From: Octopus sinensis
Lineage: Eukaryota
Direction of reading: 5' to 3'
Length of the DNA: 64,000 bases
Assembly (NCBI RefSeq): GCF_006345805.1
Contig: NC_042999.1
Location: forward strand, 138,446,001 to 138,510,000
Shown: positions 23,183 to 35,812 of the stretch, one piece after another
Layout of the letters: every line of letters starts with the position of its first letter
How positions within the stretch are numbered: position 1 is the stretch's first letter
Notes under the pieces: generated by a model
Told to the model about the DNA's origin: nothing
Seen by the model: the letters and a program-made list of their open reading frames with translations, nothing else
Database searches by the model: none
Translations under genes and position numbers: made by a program

Positions 23183-23598
23183 ACATACACAGACGTACGT
23201 GATATACCGATCGTCGCCGTGAAAGACCCACGATCTCTTTGCAGTTCTAAGAAGCTTGAATCTTTATTAGCGCTTGTAAAATGTATTTACTCATCAAATT
23301 TTTTTGTGCAAAAGCTTGTGCAAAACAACTATCTCCTAAATATGTTGCCATTAAACTGGCAAAATGTAAAACTACGAAAGACGACCAGAGACTACAAACA
23401 CCACAGATGCCAAGCAAGAGTATCTTTCTTCCATAAGCATTATATACCTATGCAATTGCATATATATAATATATATATATATATATATTATATAATTAAA
23501 AATATTGCATTCCTAAATCTCTCAGAGAGAGTTATGCAGTAGATAATGAATGAGATAAAAAACCAAGGCTGTGAAGATTTTAGAATATTTATAAATAG

Positions 23599-23646
23599 GT
23601 CTTACAGCTGTTTACAGGATATTTATTATATCCCTTCATCAGAGAC
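23599..23646 (-). ncRNA. Degenerate hammerhead fold, same family as the 24-kb fold-back
   Basis: gtct CTGATGA agggatat-aataa-atatcc tgTAAA cagctg TA agac. The GAAA motif is disrupted. Confidence 0.5.
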
Positions 23647-23969
23647 GGTGTGAGAAAATGATTAAGTAATAGTTAATTTAGATAAGATACGAAATAGAGA
23701 GTGAAGTGGAGGAATGAAAATAGATGTGAGATATGCAGGGATATTGCATTTTGGATCCATTATTTCGGCAGAATGGTATACATATAAGATTTCAATACCT
23801 TGTGAGTAAAATCCAAATATACATGCGTATATATATATATATAATATGAGAGGTTTTGATGTCCAGAAGATCCAAAAGGCAGGTATGGCTTTGTAAGCGC
23901 TTTTAGATTCCTGGGTTGGATAATAGAATGAGTGAGAAGTCTAACACGAGTCGTGTATGAACACGTATA

Positions 23970-24443
23970 TGTTAAATAAAATGAGACAACAAAGCCAAGG
24001 CAGTGTGAAATTTCTAGGACATTTTATAAAGAGAAAGGTAGTCTTGCAGCTGTTCCAGGGATACAAAAAATATCCCATCATCAGAGACTATATAAGAGAG
24101 TTAAATACAAGGAAGTAGTAGTGTTCAGTATAAGAAGTTATTTTGGAAAGGGGGAGATATAGGAAGTATAAAGGGAAATGTTAGAATAAAGATTAAAATA
24201 TATGATGGATGTTAAACTTGCTTTTATTCTTATATTTCCCTTTATATTTCCTATATCTCTCCCTTTTCAAAATAGCTTCTCATATTGAACTTTACTATTC
24301 CCTTGTATTTAACTCTCTCATATTGTCTCTGATAATGGGACATCTTTTATATCCCTGAAACTGCTGTAAGCCTACCTTTTTCTTTATAGAATGTCCTAAA
24401 AATTTTACACTGCCTTGGCTTTGCTGTCTCATCTTATTTAACA

Positions 24444-24444
<1 letters not shown>
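23970..24444. repeat. Imperfect fold-back palindrome, arms ~23970-24197 and ~24220-24444, with decayed hammerheads at 24039-24090(-) and 24325-24372(+)
   Basis: The arms are reverse complements with roughly one mismatch in five by eye. Motifs tagtct CTGATGA tgggat..atccct GGAA cagctg CA agacta and gtct CTGATAA..atccct GAAA ctgctg TA ag. Confidence 0.8.
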
Positions 24445-24488
<44 letters not shown>

Positions 24489-25175
24489 CGGTGAAGATTT
24501 ATTTTTGTAACTGTTGAATTTTTATTGTGACGGCATGGTGTAAGATGTGAAAGATGAACAATGCATAAAGTTTTACCGTTACATTATACAATACTCGACG
24601 GGCAGGTGATAAAATCGTAAAGCATGCGAAGTAAACATAGATGTCGTAGATTTTTCTTGTATATTTTGTGTACACATCTTAGCAGTAATCCACAGAAAGA
24701 GATAGAGTGATGTTGTAAGAGTGATGTTGTGAGCTAGTGAGAGTGAGAGAGTGTAGGACAAAAAACTACTTCGTTGGAGAGATACCATAGTTGTTCTAGC
24801 CGGTCAGCCAGACTCCGTTCTCACTAAATGAGTTGTCACCAAAGAGACTAAATGATTTTTGCTTGAGGGTTCTTGCTTTTATAACTATCCAGAAGGATAG
24901 ACATATCATTGGGAACAATAAATTTAGTTGATGGTCTTGTTATCTTAATTCTAGCTTTTGGTAGTCTAGGAGAAGTTAGAAAGGTCAAGTGGTAAGACAT
25001 CATCTCGGCCTCGCTAAGGCAATCTGGCAAATGTAAAACTGCTATCAAAGAAAAACTATTGTTCCACCGTGAGAAAAATTCTGTTGAACTGTTACTTGAA
25101 ATTTGGCTATGGTGGATTGAATCCACTTCATGCTTGCAAGATTCACTACATATATATATACATATACATATACAT

Positions 25176-25206
<31 letters not shown>

Positions 25207-25324
25207 GATATATACTATATTATATATATATATGTGTGTGTGTGTGTGTGGTGTGTGTGTGTGTGTGTAGTGAATCTTGCAAGCATGAAATGGATATATA
25301 TATATATATATATTATAATATTAT

Positions 25325-26008
25325 ATCTGTCTTGCCCGCATTTTCGTTCTGGTGTCCGCTGAATTTTCCTCTAGAGAACATTCTTTTCTTTGTAGTTTGA
25401 TCGTAGGTGATCTACTTCTAGCATACGGCCGACCACATAGTGGCTTGCCCTCCAAATATACACATGTATTAGAATTTTCTCTGATTTTTCAGATTTTTGT
25501 ATGCTAGGCTACTGGTTTTAAATTGATGTTAATTAAATTAATATTCAATTCATCTCCCTCATTATTTAAATGATAAAATAAATGTTCTCTAATAGGTGGC
25601 ATTAACTGCAGTAAATTATTTGCTGCGGTTTTTGTTTCCGGAATTTTAGCGCGCCAGAACTAAGACATTTGAAATTAACACCAAAGTAATCGGTGAAGCT
25701 AAGTACGTGTCTGTTTTTATACAGAATACTGATGGTTAGCTTCACAAATTGCATTACCTATGGAACGCCCACACTGACGAGCCTATGGACAATGGATTAC
25801 ATAAGTGATTCATTCGGTAATAGGCGAAACCGCCGGTCTGTGAGTAATTCTGATTTTTTATTTAATTTTCATCTGTCTTGCCCGCATTTTCGTTCTGGTG
25901 TCCGCTGAATTTTCCTCTAGAGAACATTCTTTTCTTTGTAGTTTGATCGTAGGTGATCTACTTCCAGCATACGGCCGACCACATAGCGGCTAGCCCTTCA
26001 AATATACA
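25325..26008 (+). repeat. 138-bp direct repeats (25325-25462 and 25871-26008, period 546) enclosing a hammerhead; pseudo-LTR-like partial tandem
   Basis: atctgtcttgcccgcattttcg...aaatataca occurs twice. Confidence 0.9.
25770..25842 (+). ncRNA. Canonical type I hammerhead ribozyme fold with an extended stem II
   Basis: caca CTGACGA gcctat-ggac-aatggattac-ataa-gtgattcatt-cggta-ataggc GAAA ccgccgg TC / tgtg. Stem II is 6 bp plus a 10-bp hairpin; GUC site after 25838. Confidence 0.8.
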
Positions 26009-26027
26009 TAAATACATATCATATTGA

Positions 26028-26471
26028 CCATTAACCATATAATTTTTTCACAATACGCACGCTACTCGAAAAAAGGTCGACAGAAATTTCTAAAAAATTC
26101 CATTATTACCATATCGGACCGATTTCAGGGTTAGCTCATAACAGCCCTCCCTTCGTCAGTGATACATGTGGCAAAAGAAATACATGTTGGCCTCAGTTCA
26201 AATCGCACGTGTCTCGAATGGGCTGGAGTATTTCTATTTTGGATGTATTTAGGGTACTTAATTGTGCTCGTGACTTAGTGCTTGCTTCTTCCATGGGTAT
26301 GAGTAAGTATCTCATTTATTTCTTTTGCCACATGTATCACTGACGAAGGGAGGGCTGTTATGAGCCAACCCTGAAGTCGGTCCGATATGGTAATAATGGA
26401 ATTTTTTAGAAATTTCTGTCGACCTTTTTTCGAGTTGCGTGCGTATTGTGAAAAAATTATATAGTTAATGG
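26028..26471. repeat. Inverted repeat, arms 26028-26182 and 26317-26471, each with a hammerhead
   Basis: Near-perfect reverse complement arms with a ~134-nt spacer. Confidence 0.95.
26107..26164 (-). ncRNA. Type I hammerhead fold (intact). The mirror copy at 26335-26392(+) has GAAA>GAAG
   Basis: tatca CTGACGA aggg..ccct GAAA tcggtccga TA / tggta. Near-palindromic stem III ATCGG-T-CCGAT, AUA triplet. Confidence 0.7.
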
Positions 26472-26626
26472 ACAAAATGTCCAATTTTTCGGCATATTGG
26501 GCATTAGAAATTTTTTCGTTTGCCCTATTTATAATTGTTTATAATTTAACCTTTAAAGGTATTTTTAATATGCTGGCCATTGATAAATTTTTTTCGAAAA
26601 GAATTTTATCCTACATTAGATATACA

Positions 26627-26690
<64 letters not shown>

Positions 26691-26708
26691 ATATAATAAT
26701 ATAATATA

Positions 26709-26774
<66 letters not shown>

Positions 26775-27130
26775 GTGTGTGTGTGTGTGTACATATATAT
26801 CTATACGTACATGTGTATATATACATGTGTATATACATACATGTGTGTGTGTATGCGTGTATGTATGTATGTATGTATGTATGTATGTATGTATGTATGT
26901 ATGTATGTGTGCCTGTATGCATGTACGTGTGTATGTATGTAGATATTCCTGCACTACAGAAGTGTTGCGTTCATGAAAATTATTATCGTAAATAGCCGCG
27001 CAAAGCCTTTTTTCACTGACTTTCATGATAGAGGAATCACTGAACACAGCAGGTAAGCTCAAATGCATTTTACTTTACGACATCAATTTCAGAAACGTAG
27101 TTAGGGTATGTTTGCGTATGTGTGTGTGTG

Positions 27131-27192
<62 letters not shown>

Positions 27193-27239
27193 ATATATGT
27201 TTTGGTTGCTTTTCATTTCTTTTATAATCATTCCACTAA

Positions 27240-27380
27240 GGCGGTATACTGGCGGATTCGTTAGCACGTCGAACAAAATATTTAACGGCATGCCATCTAA
27301 TTTTTACGTTCTGAGTTTACATTCCACTGCGGTCGACATTGCCTTACATCTTTTCCGGGTCGATAAAACAAGTACTAATC
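27240..27380 (+). mobile_element. Diverged SINE-C 5' fragment
   Basis: ctggcggattcgttagcacg...ttacgttctgagttt...gtcgacattgcctt...gggtcgataaaa. Confidence 0.6.
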
Positions 27381-28180
27381 GAGAACGTCTCCCTATCCGT
27401 CAAAATTGCTGATCCTGTGCTAAATACTGGAAAGATTTATCATTCAATTAGCTAATGAACTCATTAACTACTCTGTTGTTTGATCAATCGTTTGATCAAT
27501 CGTTTGATGGATCAATTAGTTCTTTTCTCGTAGTCTATGCCCATACCGATGAAAGATGTGAGATATGGTTCAGGGTCGAAACACTCAATGGATGTAGGAC
27601 TTCGTCGGGAAGTTCAGATTACATCTTCCTGACCTCTGGTGTTCTCTTTCTTAGTATTCGTTGCCTCATCTTCCTTTCTCGTCCCAAATGGCCGCTTTCA
27701 TTCGTTGAAATCTATGCGCGTCAGTTTTAAATGATCTTTTCAAATAAACAGCAGACTACATTCCTTTGTTAATATACGACAGTAAAAAATAGACTGCAGG
27801 ATAAGTGATTGAGACCAAGTACAAAATATCAATAACTTGATTTTAAAAGTGTTTAGAAGGATCGCAGTGAACGAGACATGTAGAAATGTAAAGTGTGGTA
27901 TGAGGGAGGCGGGTGGATGAGAGTGGTTCGTGTAAGATGTAACGTTTAAAATGGATCATAAAAAGCAAACTATTAATTAGTGAACGAATTCCCAAGTTTG
28001 GTATTTTCTCTGACCGAGATCTATTGATCTGACACCTATTTACTTTCATAGACATCGTTAGTTTTGTTTTAGCTATGGATATATTAAACAATGTCTTTTT
28101 TTTTTCTTCATATTAATCGCTTGATCTCTTTTTCTCGCTACCTAAAATCCTGTCTCTGTCTGTCTGTCACTGTCTGTCTA

Positions 28181-28211
<31 letters not shown>

Positions 28212-28627
28212 TGTCTCTCTCTCTCTCTCTCTCTCTCTCACCACTTGTTATTGTTCACCATCTCTCATCCCCATACCCTTGCTCATTTTTCTCGTTCTCA
28301 TCCTAGTTGTCTCTTCCCCACTCCACACTCTTTCTATCTCTGGTTCCAATGCAGTACTATCACTTCTTGCTATGACAACAATGACATATTAATGTGTGTG
28401 TGTATGTGTATGTGCGTGTATGTAACATTTTTACAACGTGACAGGAAACTAGCGAACAAAATTTTGACATGTTTTAGCCATCCACATACAAATACACACA
28501 TCCATGAACACACACACACACGCACACACACGTATATATATGTATGTGTGTTTATATATACGTGTGTGTGTGTGTGTGTGTTTATATATATATACATATA
28601 TATGTATGCATGTTTGTATACATACAT

Positions 28628-28691
<64 letters not shown>

Positions 28692-28702
28692 TATGTATGT
28701 AT

Positions 28703-29005
28703 AGGCGCAGGAGTAGCTGCGTGGTAAGAAGCTTGCTTCCCAACCACATGGTTCCGGATTCAGTCCCACTGCGTGGCACCTTGGGCTAGTGTCTTCTATG
28801 TATGTATTTGTGTATCTGTGCTTGACAACATATGTTTGTGTGTTTACGTCCCCGTAACTTAGCTGTTCGATCAAAGATCCAATAGAATAAGTAGTACTAG
28901 GCTTACAAAAAATAAGGCCTGTGGTCGATTTGTTCGACTAATGGCGGTGCTCCAGCGTGGCTGCAGTCAAATGCCTGAAACAAGTAAAAGAATAAAAGAA
29001 AGAAT
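28703..29005 (+). mobile_element. SINE-B copy with an internal deletion
   Basis: ggcgcaggagtagctgcgtggtaag...ggcggtgctccagc...gaaacaagtaaaaga. Confidence 0.85.
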
Positions 29006-29064
29006 ATATGCGTGTGGTGTATACATACATACATACATACATACATACATACACACACACACAC

Positions 29065-29116
<52 letters not shown>

Positions 29117-29157
29117 GTATATGATTGTGTGTACACAACACACACACACACACACAC

Positions 29158-29192
<35 letters not shown>

Positions 29193-29846
29193 GTGTGTAT
29201 GTGTGTGTGTGTGTATGTGTGTGTGTGTATGTGTGTACACAAATAAATATATATATATTACGGAGATGTACTTGCATAGCAAGTGACTTGATCTGAGATC
29301 GCGTGCTGAAACAAAAGCTATTGTAAGTTGGAAGGTGTTTATAAGCCATTTGAAAAGCTGACAAAAACCATTAGATTCACTTCAACAATTAAATTTAATT
29401 TGACTTAATTTGTGTTAAAATATATTCGTCGTTTTGAAACCGCGACCTGTTCACTGACAACATTTCGTGCTGCATCTCTAAATGGGTTATAAACACCTTT
29501 CGTGCTACATTTTAAATGGCTTATGAACATTTCTCATGCTGCAATTGTCATATGTGTGTGTGTGTGTGTGTGTGTAAATATATATATTTGTTTTGCAAGT
29601 TTCCTGATGTGAAATCGTGCGTTGAAACAGATATTTTTGTATTTCGGGATGGTCATTTTATTTATCATTATTTTTTTCTTCACTTGTTCATTTACTGTTC
29701 TTATTTTAAGAACAGTAATAAACCAATGAACTAAAAAATATATATAGAGCGTGTATTTATTTGTTAAAAAAAAAAGAATAATATAAATAAAATGACCATC
29801 CCGAAATACAACAAACTACATACATACACACACAAACCACACACAC

Positions 29847-29903
<57 letters not shown>

Positions 29904-29921
29904 ATATATTATATATATATA

Positions 29922-30300
29922 CTAGCTGGTGTAACCGGTAATTCCCAGAGGTAAAGATGTTCTATTGAAACGCCTTATTATTCTGATATAAGAAAGCAAT
30001 TTCGTTATAACTGCCACAAAAGATGTATTTTCCGTCACGAAAATGTACAAAAAACTGTCCATGCATAGTCTTCTGCTCATATAGGATTAGCCTTTCATCT
30101 GATGATATGTTGCGGTAGAGTCGTGCAACTTCTTTGCGCATGTATTTTAGGTTATCAGGCAAAGAGTGTTGCTCAAGGAGCTGCCTTCCAAGTCATGATG
30201 TTATCAGCTTCATGTATGCAAACTTGGTCAAAGGATGCACTTTAACGCTTGGTGGTTAAAAGATGTTGCCGAAGGGATGTGATTGTCATTCAAAGGCATT
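29922..30300 (-). mobile_element. Helitron relic: decayed Pif1-like helicase C-terminus and 3' CTAG end
   Basis: Minus-strand EADNIMTWKAA and HGQFFVH resemble the IEATIMTG and HGQLYVA motifs. It ends accggttacaccagCTAG|T at 29922. Confidence 0.5.
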
Positions 30301-30505
30301 TTGATCAATGTTTACGTTTACGTTTACGTTTTAGGTAGAGGCGGTCTACATCACTGTTTATGTGGAAATTATGTTTGCTTGTTAGTATTTTTCCGGTTTT
30401 CACATCAATAGCTCGGGTCTCATCAAGCAGCCCATATGTATGTATGTATGTATGTAGTATGTATGTATGTATGTATGTATGTATGTATGTATGTATGTAT
30501 GTATG

Positions 30506-30546
<41 letters not shown>

Positions 30547-30581
30547 TATATATATTATATATGATATATTATATATATATA

Positions 30582-31853
30582 TTAGGTCGTCAAGTATGAA
30601 ATTGTTGAAAAGAAAAAGTTTGCTAATGTTTTATAAATACAAGGAATAGTTTTATTCATCAAAGTATGCACCCATATTTTCAATACACTTTTGCCATTTC
30701 AGCAGAAGCTTGTCCACCCCGGGACTATAAAAGCTTGGCAATCTAGGGTCAATAGAATCTTGGAAGGCCTGTTTTACAACATCGTCGGAATTAATTTTTT
30801 TTCCTATTAAAAAGTTACCCAAACACTGGAAGAAGTGGTAGTCAGTGGGGGCAAGATCAGGTGAGTATGGTGGATGATGGAGAACTTCCAACTCCAACTC
30901 CTGTAGTTTCGCTAATGTCATTTTTGCGATGTGTGCTCTGGTGTTGTCTTGCAATAAAACAGGAGTGGATCTGTTGACTAATCTAAACTGTTTTTGTAAG
31001 TTTCTGCATCATTTGGTCCAGTTGGCTGCAGTATACTTCGGCTGTGATTGATGAGCCAGGTTTAATGAAATCATAATGGATCAGACCTGCACCAGACCAC
31101 CAAACACTCACCATCAGCTTTTTTTTGATGAATTTTGATGAATTTTGATGAACTTTGGATTGTGTTTTGGTGGTTTTTCTTTGTCCAACCATTGTGCTGA
31201 ACGTTTACAGTTGTTGTATTGGATCCATTTCTCATTATATCTTACAATTCGATTCAAAAATGATTCATTTTTGTGACGGGAATGTAGCACAATGCAGGCT
31301 TCCAAACGTTGCTGTTTCTGATTTTCATTGAGTTCATGTGGAACCCACTTATCCAACTTTTTCACTTTACCGATTTGAACTAGGTGAGTAAATACTGTTT
31401 GTTTGCTAACACCAAATAACAACAATAATTCACAGGCACTTTGAAATGGATCTGACTCGACGGTGGCTTTCAGTTCGTCATTATCCAGCTTTGTTTCTGA
31501 TCGACCACGTTGCTCATTTATGAGGTCAAAGTTATCAGAACTAATTTTGCCAACCAATTTCATGCTGTCTGCTGTGTAATAACATTAGAAAGAAATACTC
31601 CATTAATATTGCGAGCTGTCAGTGATGCTGTATTTCCAAGAGAGACCTCATATTTCAAAATTGTACGAATTCCCTAAACAAAAATAGCAAAAAACGATTT
31701 ATAAATACCGTATAAAGCGCATAATGAGTTAGAATAAAGAAATAGATGTGTCAGCTTTCTAACAAAAAATAAAGATTGTCAAAAAATAATAATGGCGCAA
31801 AATGTCAAAGTTGACTATATACCTTACTACAAATTTCATACTTGACGACCTAA
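30582..31853 (-). mobile_element. Full-length (1272 bp) decayed mariner transposon
   Basis: 22-bp TIRs ttaggtcgtcaagtatgaaatt at both ends, with TA on each flank. Transposase pieces contain WVPHEL, QDN and HPPYSPDLAPTDYHFF. Confidence 0.95.
30652..31680 (-). pseudogene. Mariner DD34D transposase pseudogene
   Basis: Track ORFs 31114-31563, 30983-31192 and 30652-30954 are consecutive frameshifted pieces. The first catalytic motif reads YNEKW instead of GDEKW. The 5' limit is approximate. Confidence 0.9.
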
Positions 31854-31948
31854 TATATATATATATGTATCTATAGAGTGTTTGAAGTGGTGTACAGATA
31901 TATACCTCTCGATATTAATACTGCCTCTGCCGCTAAGATATATATATA

Positions 31949-31997
<49 letters not shown>

Positions 31998-32095
31998 TAG
32001 AAAAAGGAGGCAGTCAGAATTTTGGATAATTCTTTATTGGCGCCTTTAGTTCGTGTTTTGACTAGTCAAGACAAAATTAAAATCAAAATCAAAAT

Positions 32096-32177
<82 letters not shown>

Positions 32178-32254
32178 TGTATGTATGTATGTATGTATGT
32201 ATGTATTATGTATGTATGTATGTATATGAAAAGGAGTACTGAGTGAATGTCGCA

Positions 32255-32612
32255 GTGAAAACTTCAATAAAGTGTAAACACAATAGACCCGATATAATGA
32301 TTTGGGTTGAGAATAGAAACTGTGTACAGTTGTGGAAATTTGCTGCCTAGCGGATGTTACCATGAAGCTGAAGATCAGTGAAGAAAATACCTACGCTGAA
32401 GTATTGAGAAATCTGCAGTCACTCTATTCAAATTACAAGTTAAGGTTTACACGTGTAATTATCGGGGCACTAGTATATATGTAACACACTGGCAAAATAC
32501 AATCTTGGGAAATTAGGCTTCTTAAAACCAGAAAGGAAAAAGCTAATTCGAAGATTACAGACCCAATCCATCACTGTAATTGTACCGATCTGTAAAACTT
32601 TCCAGAAGTTTA
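32255..32612 (+). pseudogene. R4/Dong-like RLE domain relic
   Basis: KCKHNRPDIMIW, IIGAL and ICKTFQKF motifs found by hand translation. Confidence 0.7.
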
Positions 32613-32818
32613 TCATTTAAGTAAATATGAGTATGTCTAGATATGTAAGTATATGCATGAGGAGATATACATAAAACAAAAGATACAAATCTGCACGTGT
32701 ACATACATACATACATACATACATACATACATACATACATACAGGACAATATTTAAAGAAGTACACACACACACACACACGCACATATATAATTATGCAT
32801 GGGTATGTATGTATATAT

Positions 32819-32849
<31 letters not shown>

Positions 32850-32857
<8 letters not shown>

Positions 32858-33306
32858 ATATAGAGGGCATTATACATACATGCCAGGAGGCATTATACAT
32901 ACATGCCAAACGCTAAGAGGGACAATCAGTCATTTCTTCTACCAAAATATTACTAATCCCACCGATGCAATTTTTCAAAGTAAGACATTTAAAAATATAG
33001 ACCTGTATCACAGTGATTTCATACTTACGTAATCATCAGCAGGCCTGAATGTATTATAAATAAACAACGACCCTTAGCGAGGCAGGGTCGTTGTTTATTT
33101 ATAATACATTCAGGCCTGCTGATGATTACGTAAGTATGAAATCACTGTGATACAGGTCTATATTTTTAAATGTCTTACTTTGAAAATTGCATTCGGTGGG
33201 ATTAGTAATATTTTTGGTAGAAATGACTGATTGTCCCTCTTAGCGTTTGGCATGTATGTATAATGCCTCCTGGCATGTATGTATAATGCCCTCTATATAT
33301 AAATTA
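32850..33306. repeat. Near-perfect palindrome, ~225-bp arms (32850-33074 and 33084-33306) with a 9-nt loop
   Basis: ...acaacgaccct tagcgaggc agggtcgttgt...; the arms differ by only a few small indels. Confidence 0.97.
33113..33158 (+). ncRNA. Minimal type I hammerhead fold (mirror copy 33000-33045 on the minus strand)
   Basis: ggcctg CTGATGA t-tac-gtaa-gta-t GAAA tcactgtga TA / caggtc. Stem I 6 bp, near-palindromic ATCAC-T-GTGAT stem III, AUA site after 33152; stem II is short. Confidence 0.7.
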
Positions 33307-34538
33307 ATATGTTCAATAAGAAATAATTATTTTCGAAATTTTTTCTCTTATGAGGTTTTTACGCTATCTACCTGACAATTTCTTGTTAAGTGTTCCTTAT
33401 TAAGTAGTTGTCCTTAATTGCTATATATATATATATATATATATATATGCATGTTAGTTAAACAATAGACAGTATTGATTCAATACAAATATAACAGACT
33501 TAATATTGTTTCTCTAAACATAAAAACAAAAGTCATGTACTCTTACAGAGGACATTAGCTGCACGGCTGTGGAAAATGTCACGTCTACAGCTGTGTTGGC
33601 CATCAAACACATAGCTACTGATGCAATATACTTCATAACCACATACCACACTGTACACTAACTTTCAAGTGTTGAGTTTTGTTTAAACTAAGCATAGTAA
33701 AGTCTGATCGGCATCCAACAAATTTAGAATTTCTTCATTTGACCCATTGACTGGGAATGTACTACTGCACATACTTTTACGGATCCTCACGCGTGCATAC
33801 ACACACACACGCAACACACACACACACACGTACATGTACACATACACGAATGCATGTGCGCACTTATGCACACACTCTCACACGTATACAGGACCACCGA
33901 TATTTGATGCTGCCTTGTCGTGTTGAAGTCACTGAGTTAGTGCAGTACCAATAAAGATATTTCGGGAGAATGTCAGCCTAGGAGAATTCTTCCGTTTCCA
34001 AGTTATGAAAGAGATTCTATTACAACGCCAAGAAACGTTACTTATGCTAAGACAAGCCATATTAACGAAATGACAACGCAGTACTTTGAATACCAATAAA
34101 CTTAGAGTTTTATGAGGGTCATTAATTGATACGTGGGTGTGTTTATGTGTGCATGTATGTGCTTGAGTGTGAGTGTACACACACGCGCATGCACACACAC
34201 ACGCACGCACACACACAACACATATGCATACACACAAACACACATGTATGTATATGTTTCTCGTCTTCTGCATAAGATAAATATAATACTATACTTTGAC
34301 AACTGCGTGGACTGAGATCCCTGTTCACACTTCACCGGAATGTCATTGTAGCTACTTAAGTCTACTAATTTGGGCGGTAAAGAGTTGTGGTGTCGCTCTG
34401 GTGTTGTAGTTAGTTTAGTTATACGATATACAGCAGAGGCAACGTTCGAATTACGCAGTCGATGTTGTGTAGCCTTTAGCACAGTCGACGTGGCGTTCAC
34501 ATCCTGCACGACTACGTTACAACTTTCTGAGTTTTCTA

Positions 34539-34589
<51 letters not shown>

Positions 34590-34607
34590 ACACACACACA
34601 CACACAC

Positions 34608-34664
<57 letters not shown>

Positions 34665-34779
34665 GCAACAACGTGAGTATAGGTAATATGTCCAGACAGG
34701 TATGTCTATAAATTGTCTCACTTCCTCCTGTGCTCTCGAACACATTTGCAACAAACTGACGCAGCGGTTTCTCCTGTCA

Positions 34780-35225
34780 TGTCAGTTATGCATGCTCTGC
34801 GCCATGTAGTTTTCGGCCTTCCTCTCCTTTTTCCATGCTGTGGTGTCCCATTTGAAAGCTAATTTTGAAAGGCATTGTTCAAGTAGCCGGAGTATGTGAC
34901 CTGCTAGTTTTAATCTTCAGTCTGTTATGATTTCGTTTCGCTTTAGAATATCTTCATTGGTTATGTCGTCTTGCCAGTACGTTCTCAGAATGCTTCCCAA
35001 ACGTCTTTGGTGGAACACATCTAATTTTCTGTCGATTTTCGTGGTACACTTTCATGTTTTACAGGCATAGAAACTGTTGGTAGATCTTACAGCGCAAGAT
35101 CTTTGTGTGCAGGCCAACGGAATCGGTATTTTCTGGAATACGGCCGCGGCTTTTCCAATTCCATGTTTGATGTTAGTTCCAATATTGCCGTTGTTACTAA
35201 GTGAATCTGTCTACTGCCTCGATAT
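34780..35225 (-). pseudogene. RTE-clade LINE 3' relic
   Basis: KLDVFHQR.LGSILRTYWQD..TNE, RLKLAGHILRL and GRPKTTW motifs across frameshifts. Confidence 0.7.
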
Positions 35226-35746
35226 TCTAGTGATTTAATCTTTATGATCGTCGGTCATCGTTTGTACTGTTCAGTCTTCTCCACATTGATTCTAGGACTA
35301 ATCTTTCCAACGTTCGGTCCTAGTTTCAAATTTTGGTTCAAGACCAGAAATTTTGGAGGTGAGTTTAAGTCGATACATCGACCCCAGTACTCAGCTGGTA
35401 CTTATTTTATCGACCTTGTGTCACATATTAAATGTTATGCATAGAAAGTGGTTGTATTGCTTTAATACCAGTACTTTACTGAAACTGATAATTTTTCTAT
35501 TACATGCCATTATTTCAGTTAACAATTAAATTAGGCCTACAATTGCATAAATCTGTCCAACCCTAATAAGTAAATTTAATCAGCAAAATATTTTATTAGG
35601 GCAGAGTCAATACTGACGTAATCAAACACCAACTGCATAGAATTAAAAACGCAATTAGTAGATTATTTTCTGAATTAACTATTACAAAACATTGTTGTCA
35701 GCAGTGTATCATCCTTGTAAAATAGTCCTTCAAAGGCGGTTACGAA

Positions 35747-35812
<66 letters not shown>

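Noticed and set aside
27545-27600. CCGATGA...CGAAAC hammerhead-like spacing (similar hints at 21640-21690)
   Set aside because: The core is mutated and I could not form the three stems, so it is indistinguishable from chance.
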